NCBI RefSeq assembly: GCF_021028975.2
Contig: NC_059427.1
Coordinates: 107,012,001 to 107,076,000, forward strand
Length of the DNA stretch: 64,000 nucleotides
Direction: 5' to 3'
Source of the DNA: Sphaerodactylus townsendi
Taxonomy: Eukaryota
Within the stretch, counting starts at the first letter, position 1. Every line of letters begins with the position of its first letter. Below the pieces are notes generated by a model. It saw nothing but the letters and a program-made list of their open reading frames with translations, searched no databases and was not told where the DNA came from. Positions 62,472 through 64,000 of the stretch are shown piece after piece. Made by a program: the position numbers and the translations under genes.

Positions 62472-64000
62472 AGAAAAAATGAAATGTAACTTCGTGTGCC
62501 TCTTCCTGGTCTAATCCTCAATCTCCCCCCAAGTGGTAAGGGCATTTTTTTTCATTTGAACAGGTGGGGAGGTGAGACAGAACAAGGCAGGCACTAGGAC
62601 CCCTGCAGAGCTTTCTGCTACAAATAAGGTCTAGGAAGAAATGGTGAATGAATTTACATTTACCCTTAGATCTTTCGGTGGAAAAGAGTATAACAACAGA
62701 AACTGGAGATGGGGAACCCTGCCTCTACCAGGAGCTTGGCACACCTGTTATGAACAGCTTCCATGTTCAGATGGCTATACTATACTTTACCAGCTGGCGC
62801 TGTTCTTGTCAGAGCTAGTTCTGGGCAAAAGGCCTAATGAAAAATACCCAGTTCCCCTATGAAGCAGGCACAAAGGACTTCCTTATAGAACAGTTTTAAG
62901 GAAGCGCCCCCCCCCCCCCCCATTCCTTCCTGGTTTCTTTAAAAGGCAACCAATACCGTATTATCCTTAGGGAGTGTAGATGGGTCAACTCACAGCAATA
63001 GCCTACTGCAGGAGGCAGGGCAAAGCTTGATAGCTTCTCCAAAAGATATTGCACATAAATCAGGAAAGAGTTCATCAAGAGCCAATAGTGCTTTGCTATC
63101 ATTTAAAATGATGGCTGTCACCAAGCAGCACTCCAGTGGTATAGGCTGGGAACTAAATTTTGTAGGGCACATTTTCTCAGCACCCAAACTGCAATATTTT
63201 GTCAGGATATTACCGGTAATTAAAATCATTTAAGAGTTTCACAAAATTCTGTCAGGTAGTATCATTCAATGCTGTGATAGTCAGAGGGTTTAGTAGGGTG
63301 TAATTCTATTTAGGATTTTGTGGCATGTCACTGCTCTTGTTACTGTTTGCCATTTCATTGTTTTTTTTAATTTATGCTTATCCTGATTAGAACCAGAGTA
63401 CATTCTCTGTTGTATGGAAATGGAAGCTACAGGAGTCTCATGAAACTGTTGTTGAAAATATACCGGTAGTTTAATTTGGAATTTGCAAAATAAACATAGA
63501 CACAAACAAAAAATTGAATCATTATAACAAAGATGTACATATAAACCAATTATATAATTATGACAAAGTTGTATATATAAACTAATAAATAGGAGTATTA
63601 ACATATTTCTGAGTAAATCATACAAAATGGAATACTCAACATGCAGACATGATCTAAGTATAAAACAAGGAAAATTAAACATAAGTGTTTGATGTTTCCA
63701 GTGAATGAACAGCAGTATCTACCCTAAAAGAATTCTCCTGTATAATGTCAGAATTGTTATTAACATCAAATAAAACATGTTAACCATTTTTCATAAAACC
63801 TAAAACTATGAAAACACTGCCTATGCTTTGCAACTCACAAATGCCCCATCAGCATTTTGTGAATCTTTGTGTGGAAGTCCCCCGCCTTCGGTTTAGATCA
63901 CCATTTCTTTCTGTTTTTTAGAGCATTGAGAGGTGATGTCCTGTACAGCACGATTTGCCTGCTGTTTGTATAAAAATAGGATTTCGTCCTTCTGGGGTTA

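Overview
This is vertebrate genomic DNA from a squamate reptile, probably a gecko-type lizard. The organism call rests on the repeats: 5S- and tRNA-derived SINEs, CR1, RTE/BovB, L1, L2, Ty1/copia, and hAT, Harbinger and Tc1 MITEs. The only host gene I can support is the 5' end of GABRB2 (GABA-A receptor beta-2) on the + strand. It comprises a CpG-island promoter (~54.5-55.6 kb), a probable non-coding first exon, and three coding exons (56237-56313, 56469-56560, 57417-57484), followed by the start of a long intron. The first ~54 kb is transposon-rich intergenic DNA in which many insertions still show exact target-site duplications (TSDs). Most ORFs in the track are spurious or transposon fragments. 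I found no convincing new multi-gene system. The best leads are: (i) a 38-bp perfect inverted copy of a nearby L1 between 9-bp direct repeats; (ii) a 20/41-bp higher-order CATTCC/TGTCA repeat array abutting the GABRB2 promoter; (iii) a ~745-bp branched fold-back in the GABRB2 pre-mRNA; (iv) a (GGN)18 tract with an upstream ORF in the putative 5' leader; (v) a CTCF site with its upstream module; and (vi) piggyBac-, copia- and DIRS-like fossils. All comparisons were made by eye or from memory; no searches were run.
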